From a virus: DNA of 64,000 nucleotides. Below, piece after piece: positions 47,366-57,688 of this stretch (its first letter is position 1; each line of letters opens with the position of its first letter). The position numbers and the translations under genes are program-made. The DNA lies in the IMG/VR virus record IMGVR_UViG_3300031885_000003, positions 18,854-82,853 of that record; one strand, written 5' to 3'. Below the pieces are notes generated by a model. The model was given only the letters and a program-made list of their open reading frames with translations, was not told where the DNA came from and did not search any database.

Positions 47366-47875
47366 ATGCCAACGCCAAACGATGCACCGGGCGATGGAGC
47401 GATAGGCGGAGCCGACGGGCAACCCGCTGCGCAACCCGTCGTTTCAGCTACCCCAGGCAAGCCGGATAAGCCGGAAGTATTTACAAAAGAACAAATCGAG
47501 TCTGCGACGAGCGCTGCCGTCAATGCCGCCCTAAAAAAGCACCGTGAAGAACAGGCGGCGCTAATTGCTGACAAAACCAAAGATGCTGAAGCAAAATTGG
47601 CTGAAGTTGGCAAGCGCGCCGAAGAAGCCGAGCGGTACGGTGTTTTTGTGGACGCCGCGATCCCCGCAGGCGTCACGGATCTCAAAGCCGCTTATGTGGT
47701 AGCTAAAGAACTCGGCTACTTCAAGGCAGGCAAGCTCGACATCACTGAATTCAAGAAAGAACATCCCGCCTTTTTTGCCATCAAATCCGCCAACGTGAAC
47801 GGCGGTGCAGGCACGGGCGGGGCTACCCCCAGCGGCGGCATGAACGCCTTTATCAGGTCAGCTCGCCGCGGATAG
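47366..47875 (+). CDS. Scaffold protein
   Basis: FTKEQI, coiled coil, C-terminal MNAFIR. Confidence 0.8.
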   Translation: MPTPNDAPGDGAIGGADGQPAAQPVVSATPGKPDKPEVFTKEQIESATSAAVNAALKKHREEQAALIADKTKDAEAKLAEVGKRAEEAERYGVFVDAAIPAGVTDLKAAYVVAKELGYFKAGKLDITEFKKEHPAFFAIKSANVNGGAGTGGATPSGGMNAFIRSARRG

Positions 47876-47887
47876 GAGAACCACCGA

Positions 47888-48865
47888 ATGCCTTACAACG
47901 ATGTAATTGATCGAACCGGCGCAGAGGCATTGATCTCGCAAGAGGTCGCCACTGAGATCGTAACCGCCGTCGCGGAAACAAACCCGATCATGGGCATGGC
48001 CCGCAAACTCCCGAACATGACCAAGAACCAGCGGCGTATGGCCGTTATGTCCGCGCTGGCTACGGCCTATTTCGTGACGGGCGACATCTCCAAAAAATCG
48101 ACCACCGATGTATCCTGGGAAAACAAATACATTGACGCCGAAGAGTTGGCCGTGATTGTGCCGATTTCCGAAGCCGTGCTCGCTGACTCCGACTATGACA
48201 TTTGGGGTGAAGTAAAACCCGCCCTGATCCAGGCGTTCAACAAGGCGATCATCGCGGCGCTGCTCGACGGCACCAACATTCCGACAAGCTGGACTACGAA
48301 CCTCGGCGCGGCTGGTCTTATTGCTCGGTGTACTGCGGCCTCGCATACCATTAGTCTCGCGGCCTATACAGACCTATACGAAGCGCTGTTGGGCGAAACC
48401 GACGCGGGCACTGATGGCCTATTGATGCGTATTGAAGCCGACGGGTTTATGTCTACCGGCCACGTTGCCCACCCGTCCATGCGCGGGAAACTCCGCAACT
48501 GCCGGGATAGCGAAGGCCATCCGATTTTCAAGCTCGCCGGAACCGCTGGCTCGAAGTTCGTTTATGAACTCGACGGTGCGCCGATTGCCTTCCCGGTAGA
48601 CGGGTCTATTAATGCTTCGACCGCGCTCCTGATTACGGGTGACTGGTCGAAACTCGTCTATGCGATCCGGCAGGACGTGACATACAAGTTGCTCGATCAG
48701 GCCGTGATCCAGGACGCTGCCGGCGCCATCGTCTACAACCTCGCGCAACAGGACATGGTAGCACTCCGTGCCGTCATGCGCCTTGGTTTTGCGCTCCCCA
48801 ACCCCATCAACCAAATGACCGCGTCGGCGACGACACGGTGTCAGTTCGCGGTACTTACTGCCTAG
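47888..48865 (+). CDS. Major capsid protein (HK97 fold)
   Basis: AEELAVIVPISE..L.D, GDWS...IRQD, NLAQQDMVALR..MRLG. Confidence 0.93.
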   Translation: MPYNDVIDRTGAEALISQEVATEIVTAVAETNPIMGMARKLPNMTKNQRRMAVMSALATAYFVTGDISKKSTTDVSWENKYIDAEELAVIVPISEAVLADSDYDIWGEVKPALIQAFNKAIIAALLDGTNIPTSWTTNLGAAGLIARCTAASHTISLAAYTDLYEALLGETDAGTDGLLMRIEADGFMSTGHVAHPSMRGKLRNCRDSEGHPIFKLAGTAGSKFVYELDGAPIAFPVDGSINASTALLITGDWSKLVYAIRQDVTYKLLDQAVIQDAAGAIVYNLAQQDMVALRAVMRLGFALPNPINQMTASATTRCQFAVLTA

Positions 48866-48940
48866 TTTTTAGTGCTGCTTAAGCGGGCTGGGCATAGTGA
48901 CCCGGCCCGCGATAGTAGCGAAATGAGAAAGGATCACATC

Positions 48941-49891
48941 ATGGGACTGTTCCCAAAACACGTATTGGAATACGTCGCGCTCGCGGGTATTCCACGGGGG
49001 CCGCAGAGCAAGATCTTTGTGGTTGACCCCGCACATGGCGCAACGGGCAACACTGGCGAAAGCTGGGGAAGCCCGCTGATGACCGTTAGCGCCGCGCTGG
49101 CCAAATGCACCACGGGACATCATGACGTGGTACTCGTAGTGGCGAGCGGAACGGCTGTCACTGAAACCGCTGCGGTTGATTGGAACCTAAACCTGACCCA
49201 TTTAATTGGCATAGGCACGGACACGCCACACGGAAAACGAACGCGCATCATTTCCGGTACAGACGATCTATCGCCATTCATTACCGTATCCGGGTATGGC
49301 TGTACGTTTAAAAATCTGCGCATCGTCCATGAGCAAGCTGATGATACAGGCAGTTTGATTTGTGTCAAGGTGACGGGCATCCGAAACCGTTTTGAGAGCG
49401 TCGAGTTTTGCGGTAATGCTACGGAATCCAGCGCTCTCGACACCGGATGCAGTCTGTACCTTCAAGGCGCAAGCGAGTGTCTATTCAAGGATTGCGTAAT
49501 CGGTCTTGACACTATCGCGGAAGCGACCGGCTGCATGGGACTCGTGATCCACGGATCGGGCGGCATGAACCGGACGCGCTTCGAGAACTGCATCTTTAAT
49601 GCCTATGCAAACAGTACTAGCGTTGGTTTTGTGGAATCGCTTGGAGCAACAGGCATTGACCGGATGCTCGTGTTCAAAGACTGCGAGTTCTGGAACATGG
49701 GACCGCAGACTATTGCAACAGCTTTCGTGTTCGGCGCAGTTGACTACAACTACAAACGTATTGCGCTAATTAACTGCTTTAAGCTTGGCGCAACGGATTG
49801 GGACCACGCCAATACGGGCATGGTCTATGTATACATTCCGTCTTCGGGTACGACCAATGCGGCCGGAACGGCAGTAGTAACTAGTTCGTAA
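48941..49891 (+). CDS. Beta-helix-like protein after the capsid gene (head fibre/decoration)
   Basis: VDP.HG...NTG.SW..P..T...A N-terminus and repeated F(K/E)(N/D)C.F/I coils. Confidence 0.65.
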   Translation: MGLFPKHVLEYVALAGIPRGPQSKIFVVDPAHGATGNTGESWGSPLMTVSAALAKCTTGHHDVVLVVASGTAVTETAAVDWNLNLTHLIGIGTDTPHGKRTRIISGTDDLSPFITVSGYGCTFKNLRIVHEQADDTGSLICVKVTGIRNRFESVEFCGNATESSALDTGCSLYLQGASECLFKDCVIGLDTIAEATGCMGLVIHGSGGMNRTRFENCIFNAYANSTSVGFVESLGATGIDRMLVFKDCEFWNMGPQTIATAFVFGAVDYNYKRIALINCFKLGATDWDHANTGMVYVYIPSSGTTNAAGTAVVTSS

Positions 49892-49956
49892 ACAAAAACC
49901 AGCGGTGGGGCCGGGTGCGGCTCGGCTCCCCCGCATTCTGAAAGGAGGCCATACAC

Positions 49957-50382
49957 ATGGCTCAGGTTGGAACTATTAGAACAGAAGGCAGCGGCTTCTT
50001 CGCCATTGACTTTGACGGCGTGGAATCTACCGTCGCCGGCACGCTGATGAATGTACTCAACCCGGAAGGCGTGGATCTGTTTATCACGCGATCCTGGTTG
50101 CTCTTTCGGACAGCATCAACCGCTGCGGCAAATTTGACAATCGGCGTTGCGGCAACGGGAGCAACGGAAGGCACGGACATTATCAATGCGCTCGCTGCGG
50201 CGAGTACGACCGGCAAATGCTACAACGGGAACGCCCACGTTGTCGCTACTAAAACCGAGTTGGCGACTACGCCAGCCTTGTGGCCGCACGACGGCTACAT
50301 TACGGCGAAAGGTTCGGCAACGACCGTTGGCATGAAAGCCACACTATTTGTCGAGTATATCCGCACAGCAGCGACTGCATAA
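49957..50382 (+). CDS. Capsid decoration-like protein
   Basis: A/T/G-rich beta protein ending LFVEYIR. Confidence 0.55.
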   Translation: MAQVGTIRTEGSGFFAIDFDGVESTVAGTLMNVLNPEGVDLFITRSWLLFRTASTAAANLTIGVAATGATEGTDIINALAAASTTGKCYNGNAHVVATKTELATTPALWPHDGYITAKGSATTVGMKATLFVEYIRTAATA

Positions 50383-50844
50383 ATGGCAGCTTCCGCGGTA
50401 GAGATCGCCCGGTTGCGGCGGATGGTCAACGAGCCGAGTACGGTGACGTACACGGACGCGCTGATTTCTGCCGCAATCGAGCGTTTCCCGCTAACGGATG
50501 CACAAGGCGTTGACCCGCTCGAATGGGATTATTCAACTACACCCCCGACAAGTTCCACTAATGACAATTGGATTGCCACCTATGATCTGAACCAGGCCGC
50601 CGGTGAGATATGGGAAGAGAAAGCCGCGGCGCTCGCGCCCAACTATACATTTAGCGCGGACGGCGCAACGTACAACCGCCAACAGGTCTTTGAACAATAC
50701 ATGCAAATGGCATCTATCTACCGCAGCCGTGGCGCGATCCGGGCTATCGGTATGGTGCGGAGAGAGTACGCGAAGACTGAAGAAGGTCTGCGGGTTGAAG
50801 TGTCAAGCGGCGCACCGATTGAAGACCAGGATGACCATAACTAA
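50383..50844 (+). CDS. Head-tail adaptor
   Basis: Synteny; YDLNQAAGEIWEEKAA. Confidence 0.7.
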   Translation: MAASAVEIARLRRMVNEPSTVTYTDALISAAIERFPLTDAQGVDPLEWDYSTTPPTSSTNDNWIATYDLNQAAGEIWEEKAAALAPNYTFSADGATYNRQQVFEQYMQMASIYRSRGAIRAIGMVRREYAKTEEGLRVEVSSGAPIEDQDDHN

Positions 50845-51230
50845 TGAACGCCATGGGAACCGCAGAGATCACCGCGCTTCGTACAACGGCTGCGGAAACT
50901 ATGCTGGACACCTGCCAACTTGGAACGGTAATGGTTTCTACATCCGGCGCATATGCCACAGAGACGGTCTCTTGGGCGACAGCTATCGCTTGTGGGTTCA
51001 GGGCAGCGGGCGCACGCGAAGCGCTTGGCAGCCAAGCCCCGCTGAATGACGCCGTGGTGCGCGTCCCGATCACAACGATCGTCACGTCCGTGAGCCGTAT
51101 CAAACTGATTACGAAACTTGGCTACACGCTACCTGCGCCAGAGGTCTACTCCGTTCAGGGCGGCCCCCTATATGGCCCTACCTGCATCACGCTCCGGCTC
51201 CAGGCGCTACCGAGTGGGGGGGTGGGCTGA
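50844..51230 (+). CDS. Head closure protein
   Basis: Synteny; MLDTC motif. Confidence 0.6.
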   Translation: MNAMGTAEITALRTTAAETMLDTCQLGTVMVSTSGAYATETVSWATAIACGFRAAGAREALGSQAPLNDAVVRVPITTIVTSVSRIKLITKLGYTLPAPEVYSVQGGPLYGPTCITLRLQALPSGGVG

Positions 51231-51619
51231 TGGGCTTCAAGTTTGATCCTGAGCAGGTCCGGCGGGCTATGGACACGTTCAAAAAGAAGCTCGGCGGCCA
51301 TATCAAAGAGACGTGCGAAGTCGCAGTTGAATACTCGAAAGAACAAAGCCCTTGGAAAACCGGCACAAACCGGAAAAGTATTTCAGCTGATTTCGCCGAC
51401 GCTGAAGGCAAAGTTGGGACGTTTGCCGAAACAGGTAGTGCAGGCGGCAATGAGGGGATGCCCGCAAAGGGCCATATGGGGTTCCGCATTTATACGCAAT
51501 CCGGTTATGGCGGATTTCTCGAAGTCGGCACAGTAAAAATGTCCGCACGTCCGTACATCTCACCCGGCTTTGAACGCGCCGTCAACGGGCTTGTTGACAA
51601 GTTGGAGGGGTCCGCATGA
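51230..51619 (+). CDS. HK97 gp10-like tail component
   Basis: P.KTG..R.SI, Y..FLEVGTVKMSARPY..P. Confidence 0.85.
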   Translation: MGFKFDPEQVRRAMDTFKKKLGGHIKETCEVAVEYSKEQSPWKTGTNRKSISADFADAEGKVGTFAETGSAGGNEGMPAKGHMGFRIYTQSGYGGFLEVGTVKMSARPYISPGFERAVNGLVDKLEGSA

Positions 51620-52038
51620 TAGACCTCGATACCGTATTTACCGGCTTCCTCAAAACAGCGGGGACGGCGCTCTACACACTCTGCGGCACGCGCGTCTATG
51701 CGCCGGAAGCTCCAGGGGGTTACTTAGCCGCCCACCACGCAGGCGCATTGGCGGTGCTTGAGGTATTCCGGCGTGGGGGTAAACCTAACTCCGCCGTTCA
51801 AGAGCACGCGGTCAGTTACCAAATCAAATGTTTCGGCGGCACGACCAGCCATGTCCAAGCGACCTTAGTCGAGCGGGCGCTATACGACTTACTGTTTAAG
51901 CTCGACACCAAAGTCTTATCTGGCGGGACGATTATGTCCGCCACTCAGGAAAGTATCGGCCAACCACTGAAAGACCCGGACACGGGCTGGCCGTACGTGT
52001 TGATTTTTTGGCGGGTAACAATGCGCCCAGCGGCGTAA
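51616..52038 (+). CDS. Tail terminator protein
   Basis: GTRVY...AP; position before major tail protein. Confidence 0.7.
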   Translation: MIDLDTVFTGFLKTAGTALYTLCGTRVYAPEAPGGYLAAHHAGALAVLEVFRRGGKPNSAVQEHAVSYQIKCFGGTTSHVQATLVERALYDLLFKLDTKVLSGGTIMSATQESIGQPLKDPDTGWPYVLIFWRVTMRPAA

Positions 52039-52056
52039 ATGTAAAGGAGAAACACC

Positions 52057-52980
52057 ATGTCGGACACAGTGGCAAACCGCGTAAGTGGCGGTGCAAAAAT
52101 CTATATTGCGGTAGAAACTACGTCGTTGCCCGCGTTGACCGGAAGCACAATCACGCTGACAAACAATGACGTCCAGACCATTACCAAAACCGGGACTGTA
52201 TCAGGCGGCACGGCAACTATTGAAGTTATCTATGCGGATGCATCAAGCGAGACCACCGCAGCGATTGCGTTCGATGCAGACGCTGCGGCAATCAAAGCCG
52301 CGCTAGCCGCGCTTGACAATCTTGATGCCGCAGATCTTACCGTCACTGGCGGGCCGTTTTCGACAAACCCCGTAATAATCACGTTTGGCGGAACGTATGC
52401 CAACACGCCGATGACATTGATTGAAATCGATGATGCGCTTATTACGGGCGGCGGTACGCTGGCCCCATCGCACACCACGACTGGCCGGACTTGGACAGAA
52501 CTGCCAGACATCGTTGGCGATTACAAGGTCAAGCGGATACACACCACGAAACCGCACGAGGATGCATTTGCCCCACACCCCACTGGTTCAACCACACTCA
52601 AGGTCGGTATCGACCAAATGACCTATACCATCGAAGAGTCTGACCTCGATGCGCACAACATCGGCATCACGGCTGCGCGTGAATTGCTAGATGTGATTCC
52701 GGCGGGCGCGGGCCAGTCCGGACAGGAATCGCTCTTGCAGCCATTGCCCGCGGACATCGATGCATCGATCTACACGATCCTTGCGGTTACACAAAACAAT
52801 GCGGGCGGCTGGAAAAAGCTTGAACATTTCTTCAAGTGCAAGCGCAAACACGATTACGAACAGAGCTACAAGAGCGGCGAACCCAATACGATTGACATTA
52901 CGTGGGAAGTATTCGCCGATAGTACTAACGACTACCGGTGCTCCAAAAAATACGAGTACAAAACCGCAGCCACAAGCTGA
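52057..52980 (+). CDS. Major tail tube protein with inserted Ig-like domain
   Basis: Synteny; insert VQTIT...GGT.T...TTAAIAFDA.AA.IKAALAAL...VTGGP. Confidence 0.75.
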   Translation: MSDTVANRVSGGAKIYIAVETTSLPALTGSTITLTNNDVQTITKTGTVSGGTATIEVIYADASSETTAAIAFDADAAAIKAALAALDNLDAADLTVTGGPFSTNPVIITFGGTYANTPMTLIEIDDALITGGGTLAPSHTTTGRTWTELPDIVGDYKVKRIHTTKPHEDAFAPHPTGSTTLKVGIDQMTYTIEESDLDAHNIGITAARELLDVIPAGAGQSGQESLLQPLPADIDASIYTILAVTQNNAGGWKKLEHFFKCKRKHDYEQSYKSGEPNTIDITWEVFADSTNDYRCSKKYEYKTAATS

Positions 52981-53325
52981 CCAATCTGAGCGAGGGCGGG
53001 GCGGCGGGTTCGCTCGCCGCCCCCTACTAAAATGGAGGCGATATATGGCCGCCATACTCGGGCGATTTACATTCGGCCTTGCTTCATGCGTAGTTTGTCA
53101 TCATGAATGGGACGCTGTAATTCCGGCAGACTCTATAAATGGTGGCTTGGAATGCCCGGAATGTCACAAGATGACGGGTGAAATAAGCGATGTAGTAACG
53201 ATGACGATCACGGGTGAAAAACGCGGCAACACAATACTTATGCGAGCCGCCGTAGAAAATCCGCCCGTAGAAAATCCAGAGGCGGCTCCATTGTGGTGGC
53301 CGCTCGATATAGAAGGACGGGCTAA

Positions 53326-53733
53326 ATGAACGATACTAATGTATTGATTGAGGACGGGGCGGTACAGCTAAAGATCGGTGCCGGCACAATCGCGGTCAAG
53401 GCGCTAAATATCGAGTCGAGCGTGCAATGGACTAAACGTGTGCGCAGCGCGTGGTATGCGCAGGCGTGCAAGAACCTTACGCTCGGGAAAGTACTCGCCG
53501 ACACGAAGACGCCGGATGAAGATCGGCTAACGGCGCTCGACAACGCTATGGCGTCGGGCGCGGCCTGCGATCTACTCATGGTGCGTGATCTACTCGGAGA
53601 GCACAGTCCTACCATATTGACTGCGGAAGCGCTAGCACAGGCGACGGCACAACAGATTGTTGCGGCATTTGAGATGATCTTCCAACTTGAAAACCCTATG
53701 AAGCGCCTGCGCAATCTCATGCTCGAAGCATAA
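53326..53733 (+). CDS. Tail assembly chaperone (gpG)
   Basis: Between tail tube and tape measure; slippery site near the end. Confidence 0.7.
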   Translation: MNDTNVLIEDGAVQLKIGAGTIAVKALNIESSVQWTKRVRSAWYAQACKNLTLGKVLADTKTPDEDRLTALDNAMASGAACDLLMVRDLLGEHSPTILTAEALAQATAQQIVAAFEMIFQLENPMKRLRNLMLEA

Positions 53734-53975
53734 AACGGCACGGGTTAAGCGCGGCGTTTGAAATTCTGGCAGCGGAATATGGATGGGATCATGTAACGAT
53801 CCGAACGCGGTTTACACAACAACAGGTACAGATGTATATCGATCGGCTCAATGAACGGTACAAACAGCAAGCATCCGCATATTACGGCAAGAGTCGCGGT
53901 GGCTGGGAATCGTCATCTACCGATTGGGACCGCGCAACATTGGCCGGCGAGGTTGAGGTGATCCGTGGCGAGTAA
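53691..53975 (+). CDS. -1 frameshift extension (gpGT) of the tail assembly chaperone
   Basis: Heptamer A AAC CCT at 53691-53697; the -1 frame opens right after TGA 53688 and runs to TAA 53975 (AFEILAAEYGWD...). Confidence 0.7.
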   Translation, partial: KPYEAPAQSHARSIKRHGLSAAFEILAAEYGWDHVTIRTRFTQQQVQMYIDRLNERYKQQASAYYGKSRGGWESSSTDWDRATLAGEVEVIRGE

Positions 53976-54348
53976 GCCAAAACAGATCTACATAGGCACA
54001 TGGCCGCTGGGCTGGCGGAACGTTGACCTATATGGGCGCACAGAATTAGGCGGAACAACAGTCCATGTTTCGGGCAAGGGGAACGGAAGGGTCGTGGTTT
54101 CCCTTGACTACGAAGAGTGGCGCGAAGTCCTGAATGTACTACTGCATGAAACAGATGAATTCCTTATGCACGATAGGGGACACACTTATAGGGCAACAGA
54201 GGCCCTTTCGGGCGATATAAACAACTGCCTTTTCGTTTTCAGGCACCACGACTTCAGCGAGACAAAAGCCCATCAAGCGGATTTCATTGCCGAATGTTAT
54301 GAGCCGTTGCGCAAAGCCTGGCGTAACTATCGTCAGCGGGGGACTTAA
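53965..54348 (+). CDS. Metallopeptidase-like small protein (HExxE variant)
   Basis: VLLHETDEFLMH. Confidence 0.5.
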   Translation: MASKPKQIYIGTWPLGWRNVDLYGRTELGGTTVHVSGKGNGRVVVSLDYEEWREVLNVLLHETDEFLMHDRGHTYRATEALSGDINNCLFVFRHHDFSETKAHQADFIAECYEPLRKAWRNYRQRGT

Positions 54349-54350
54349 AA

Positions 54351-56894
54351 ATGGCTATCTCACTTGGCGACGCCATTCTCTATTTCAAAGGTGATATGGC
54401 CGGGCTCGACAAGAGTACGGCCAGCATCGGGCAGACGATAACTAAAGTCGGCCTTGGCGTTACGGCATTCGGCGCAACCGTCACAGGCGCGCTCGGGACG
54501 TGCGTCAAGGGCTTTTCCGACTATGCCGAAACCATAGATACCGCAGCTAAAAAAACCGGCATGGGGACGGATGCGGTACAAGAATGGAAGTTTGCGGCGG
54601 AGCAGTCCAGCGCCACAATCGATGACGTAACCAATGCCGTCAAATTTATGGCGAACAACCTGGACACGGCGGGGACGGCAAGCGCTAAGAGTCAGGCCGA
54701 TCTCGAAAACCTCAACACTGAATATGTCCGCGCAGTTGAAAAGCTGGATATGATGACGGCCAGCGGTAAGGCGTCATCGGAGCAGATATTCGACCAGCAA
54801 AACAAAATCTCAGATCTGGCAAACGAGATCCAGCAGGGCGCGGCGGGGTCAAGCGGGGCATTCCAAAGGCTCGGGCTGAACGTCGAATCGCTCAAAGCCA
54901 TGAAACCCGAGGAAGCCTTTGAGACGATCATGGCGGCCCTGGCCGGCGTCCCCGACGCCATGGAGCAGACGGCTATCGCTCAAGATATTTTCGGGCGCGG
55001 GGCGCTGGCGCTGAAGCCGCTTATGGCAGAAGGCGCGGCGGGGATCGCCGGCCTCCGGCAAGAGGCCCGTGACCTGGGGTTAGTTATGGACCAGGAAGCT
55101 ATTGTCGCGGGCGAAAAGTTCGGCGATGAAATGACGAAACTCAAAAATAGTATGATGCCAGTAGTAGCCGAGCTCGCAGAAGCCTTGATTCCTATGATCA
55201 CCGACTTGGCTAAATGGTTGCGCGATGGGATTATGTGGGTGGTTCAGTTTGCGAAAGAACACACGACGTTGTTCGATATCATCGTAAAAGGAACTGCCAT
55301 TGTGGGCGGACTGGCCGTGGTGCTTGGACCGCTACTCCTGATAGTCCAGCCTCTAATCGCTCTATTCGGCGGTTTGAGTACGGTTATAGGCGGTATCGGC
55401 GCGGCGGCGGGGGTGGCCACAACTGCGGTCGGTGGCCTTGGCTTGGCCGGTGCAGCGCTCGCGGCGGCTCCCTGGATAATCGGTATCGCGGCAATCGCGG
55501 CTGCGCTGACGGGCGTCGTATACATTGCGGGCAAAGTCGCGGAATCATTTAACCAGCTTTCCGAATCATCCGCCCGGCTCGACGGACAAGAACAGCAGTA
55601 TGTCGAATCCCTCCGGGCCAAAGGCGTAGTGCTCGATGAAAACGCAATGAAGGAAATGGACTACAGCCAGCGGCTTGCATATATGGCTGAACAGGAACAG
55701 GCAAGCCTCGATGAAACCTTGCGCACGCAGATTTACGTCAACACCGGCAAGGCGGCCAGCGACCAGCAATATGCGCAGGCGCGGAACCTATCGCTGAATG
55801 AATGGTTATCGGCGGAGGAAGCGGCTGCGGTTGCGTCGATGGGACTATCTGAAGACAAACTCATGGCGCTCTTGCAGGCGGATGAAGCGCAAACCGCGTC
55901 GATCCTCGGTGAATTGGGAATACGGGCGGCGGCGGAACAAAGCGCGGGCGTCGAAAAACAATCGCTCTTTGAGTGGCTTGCGACTGCGGAAATGGAAGCC
56001 GATACATCTGTAACGGACATGATGGTCGTCGGCGCACAAACTATGTTGGCCGCGTTTCAGGAAGCAGCAATAGGAAGGCAGGCTGCTTACACGGATTCGG
56101 CTAATGCGATTGTAACCGCAGAAGGAACCGCTACCTCGATGATCGGCGGGTTCTGGCAAAACCTGTGGGACACGGTCAAAGGTTGGTTCGGCGGCGGGTC
56201 GATGGAGGAGCCTGCGGCGTTTGCCCGCGGCGGTACTGTGGGGGGCAAAGGCGAGAAGGTCGTCATCGAGGCGGGCGAAGAAGGTCCGGAAGAAGCGGAG
56301 ACGCCCGAAGGCGATATGGCGATTCTAGGCATGGGCGGCCCCGGCCTGTTCGCGGTCCCGCCCGGCACCGAGATCAAGACAGCCGAAGAAACCGAAGCCG
56401 AATATGTGGGCGCGTTCGCATCCGGCGGGTTGGTGCTGAGCCGCAAGCAGAAAAAGCAACTTAAAAAATCACGTAAAGAATTTCAAACCATGTTGAATAA
56501 AGCCATGGTGGGAGGCCTACTAAGCGTTGATGAAACCGCGCAAGCCAAGATGGACGTGTTCTGGGGCACGTTCCCGATGACCGGACTATTTCAGCGCGAT
56601 GATAAAGTCACGGGTGAAAAAGGTGAAGGCATGTATCGGGGCGGCGATCTCGAATGGGAGATCATTAAATCGCAAAAAGGCGGGATTTTAAAGAGCGATG
56701 CCGGTGAGCTAAATCTTAAAAACGTCCCTAGATTTGCGGGCGGAGGAACGGTAACGGCGGCGGCAGGCACGATACAGAATAACACGTTTAAAATTGAGAT
56801 CCGCGATGTAACGATCCGCGAAGAGGCGGATATTGACCGCATCAGCCAGAAAATAGCGCAGACGATTACGCTCGCATTTGCGGGGACGGCATAA
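54351..56894 (+). CDS. Tape measure protein
   Basis: 847 aa, Ala-rich helical, central hydrophobic segments, FAxGG...GEEGPE C-terminal motifs. Confidence 0.9.
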   Translation: MAISLGDAILYFKGDMAGLDKSTASIGQTITKVGLGVTAFGATVTGALGTCVKGFSDYAETIDTAAKKTGMGTDAVQEWKFAAEQSSATIDDVTNAVKFMANNLDTAGTASAKSQADLENLNTEYVRAVEKLDMMTASGKASSEQIFDQQNKISDLANEIQQGAAGSSGAFQRLGLNVESLKAMKPEEAFETIMAALAGVPDAMEQTAIAQDIFGRGALALKPLMAEGAAGIAGLRQEARDLGLVMDQEAIVAGEKFGDEMTKLKNSMMPVVAELAEALIPMITDLAKWLRDGIMWVVQFAKEHTTLFDIIVKGTAIVGGLAVVLGPLLLIVQPLIALFGGLSTVIGGIGAAAGVATTAVGGLGLAGAALAAAPWIIGIAAIAAALTGVVYIAGKVAESFNQLSESSARLDGQEQQYVESLRAKGVVLDENAMKEMDYSQRLAYMAEQEQASLDETLRTQIYVNTGKAASDQQYAQARNLSLNEWLSAEEAAAVASMGLSEDKLMALLQADEAQTASILGELGIRAAAEQSAGVEKQSLFEWLATAEMEADTSVTDMMVVGAQTMLAAFQEAAIGRQAAYTDSANAIVTAEGTATSMIGGFWQNLWDTVKGWFGGGSMEEPAAFARGGTVGGKGEKVVIEAGEEGPEEAETPEGDMAILGMGGPGLFAVPPGTEIKTAEETEAEYVGAFASGGLVLSRKQKKQLKKSRKEFQTMLNKAMVGGLLSVDETAQAKMDVFWGTFPMTGLFQRDDKVTGEKGEGMYRGGDLEWEIIKSQKGGILKSDAGELNLKNVPRFAGGGTVTAAAGTIQNNTFKIEIRDVTIREEADIDRISQKIAQTITLAFAGTA

Positions 56895-57688
56895 TGAGTT
56901 TCACATTCAACAATGTGGATTTTGGGACGCTCGGCGTCACGGTACTCGACAATTTCGAGCTACCCGGTGCAACGTCAAAACCTGTCCGGCCCATCGGCTT
57001 ACCAGCAGCAGATAAGGTCTGGTACGAACAGGGTGAATGTGAGCCGGTCGAGATTACATTCCCGGTGCGGATCGCGGCGGCCACGGCAGGTGCGTTACAG
57101 ACGGCGCTCGACTTGATCAACACGGCCTTGACCACAACCGTTGACGTGACGCTCTCCTACTGGTACACGGATCGCCACTGGAACGCCCGGTGGGACGGCA
57201 AAGCGCTCCGTATGCCCGTCCTAAACACGTGTACGCTGGAAACTACGATCCGGTTTTTGGCCCAACCCAATATGTTAGCCACTTCGCCGAGCACGGGCAA
57301 TGTGGCAATCACGATTAACCCGCAGACAATATGGGTGCCTGGCCCTATTGAGGCCAGCGGCGTCATTGCCGGGAACACCATAGTTGCACCCATTTTGATA
57401 TTGCGTAATACAGCGGCGGAAATCGCTGCGGACGGGCTGGAGATTTGGAACTATGTCACGGGCGCTTACCTCGATTACGTTGATAGCGTCCCGGATGAAA
57501 CCTATGTCAAATTCGACTGCGATACCCGGCGGTCCTACGCGAGTGTAGACGGGACGACGTACACTGAAGTTATCGGCAAAGTCACAACTAACTGGTTGAC
57601 GTTTACGGGCGGCGCGGCAGCGCGACTGGTTGTCATCGGGTGCGCAGGCGGCACATTAAGCTGGTCTTACCGGGGGAGATTCCTCTGA
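56894..57688 (+). CDS. Distal tail protein (Dit)
   Basis: MSFTFNNVD...LG; position after TMP; ends YRGRFL. Confidence 0.75.
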   Translation: MSFTFNNVDFGTLGVTVLDNFELPGATSKPVRPIGLPAADKVWYEQGECEPVEITFPVRIAAATAGALQTALDLINTALTTTVDVTLSYWYTDRHWNARWDGKALRMPVLNTCTLETTIRFLAQPNMLATSPSTGNVAITINPQTIWVPGPIEASGVIAGNTIVAPILILRNTAAEIAADGLEIWNYVTGAYLDYVDSVPDETYVKFDCDTRRSYASVDGTTYTEVIGKVTTNWLTFTGGAAARLVVIGCAGGTLSWSYRGRFL

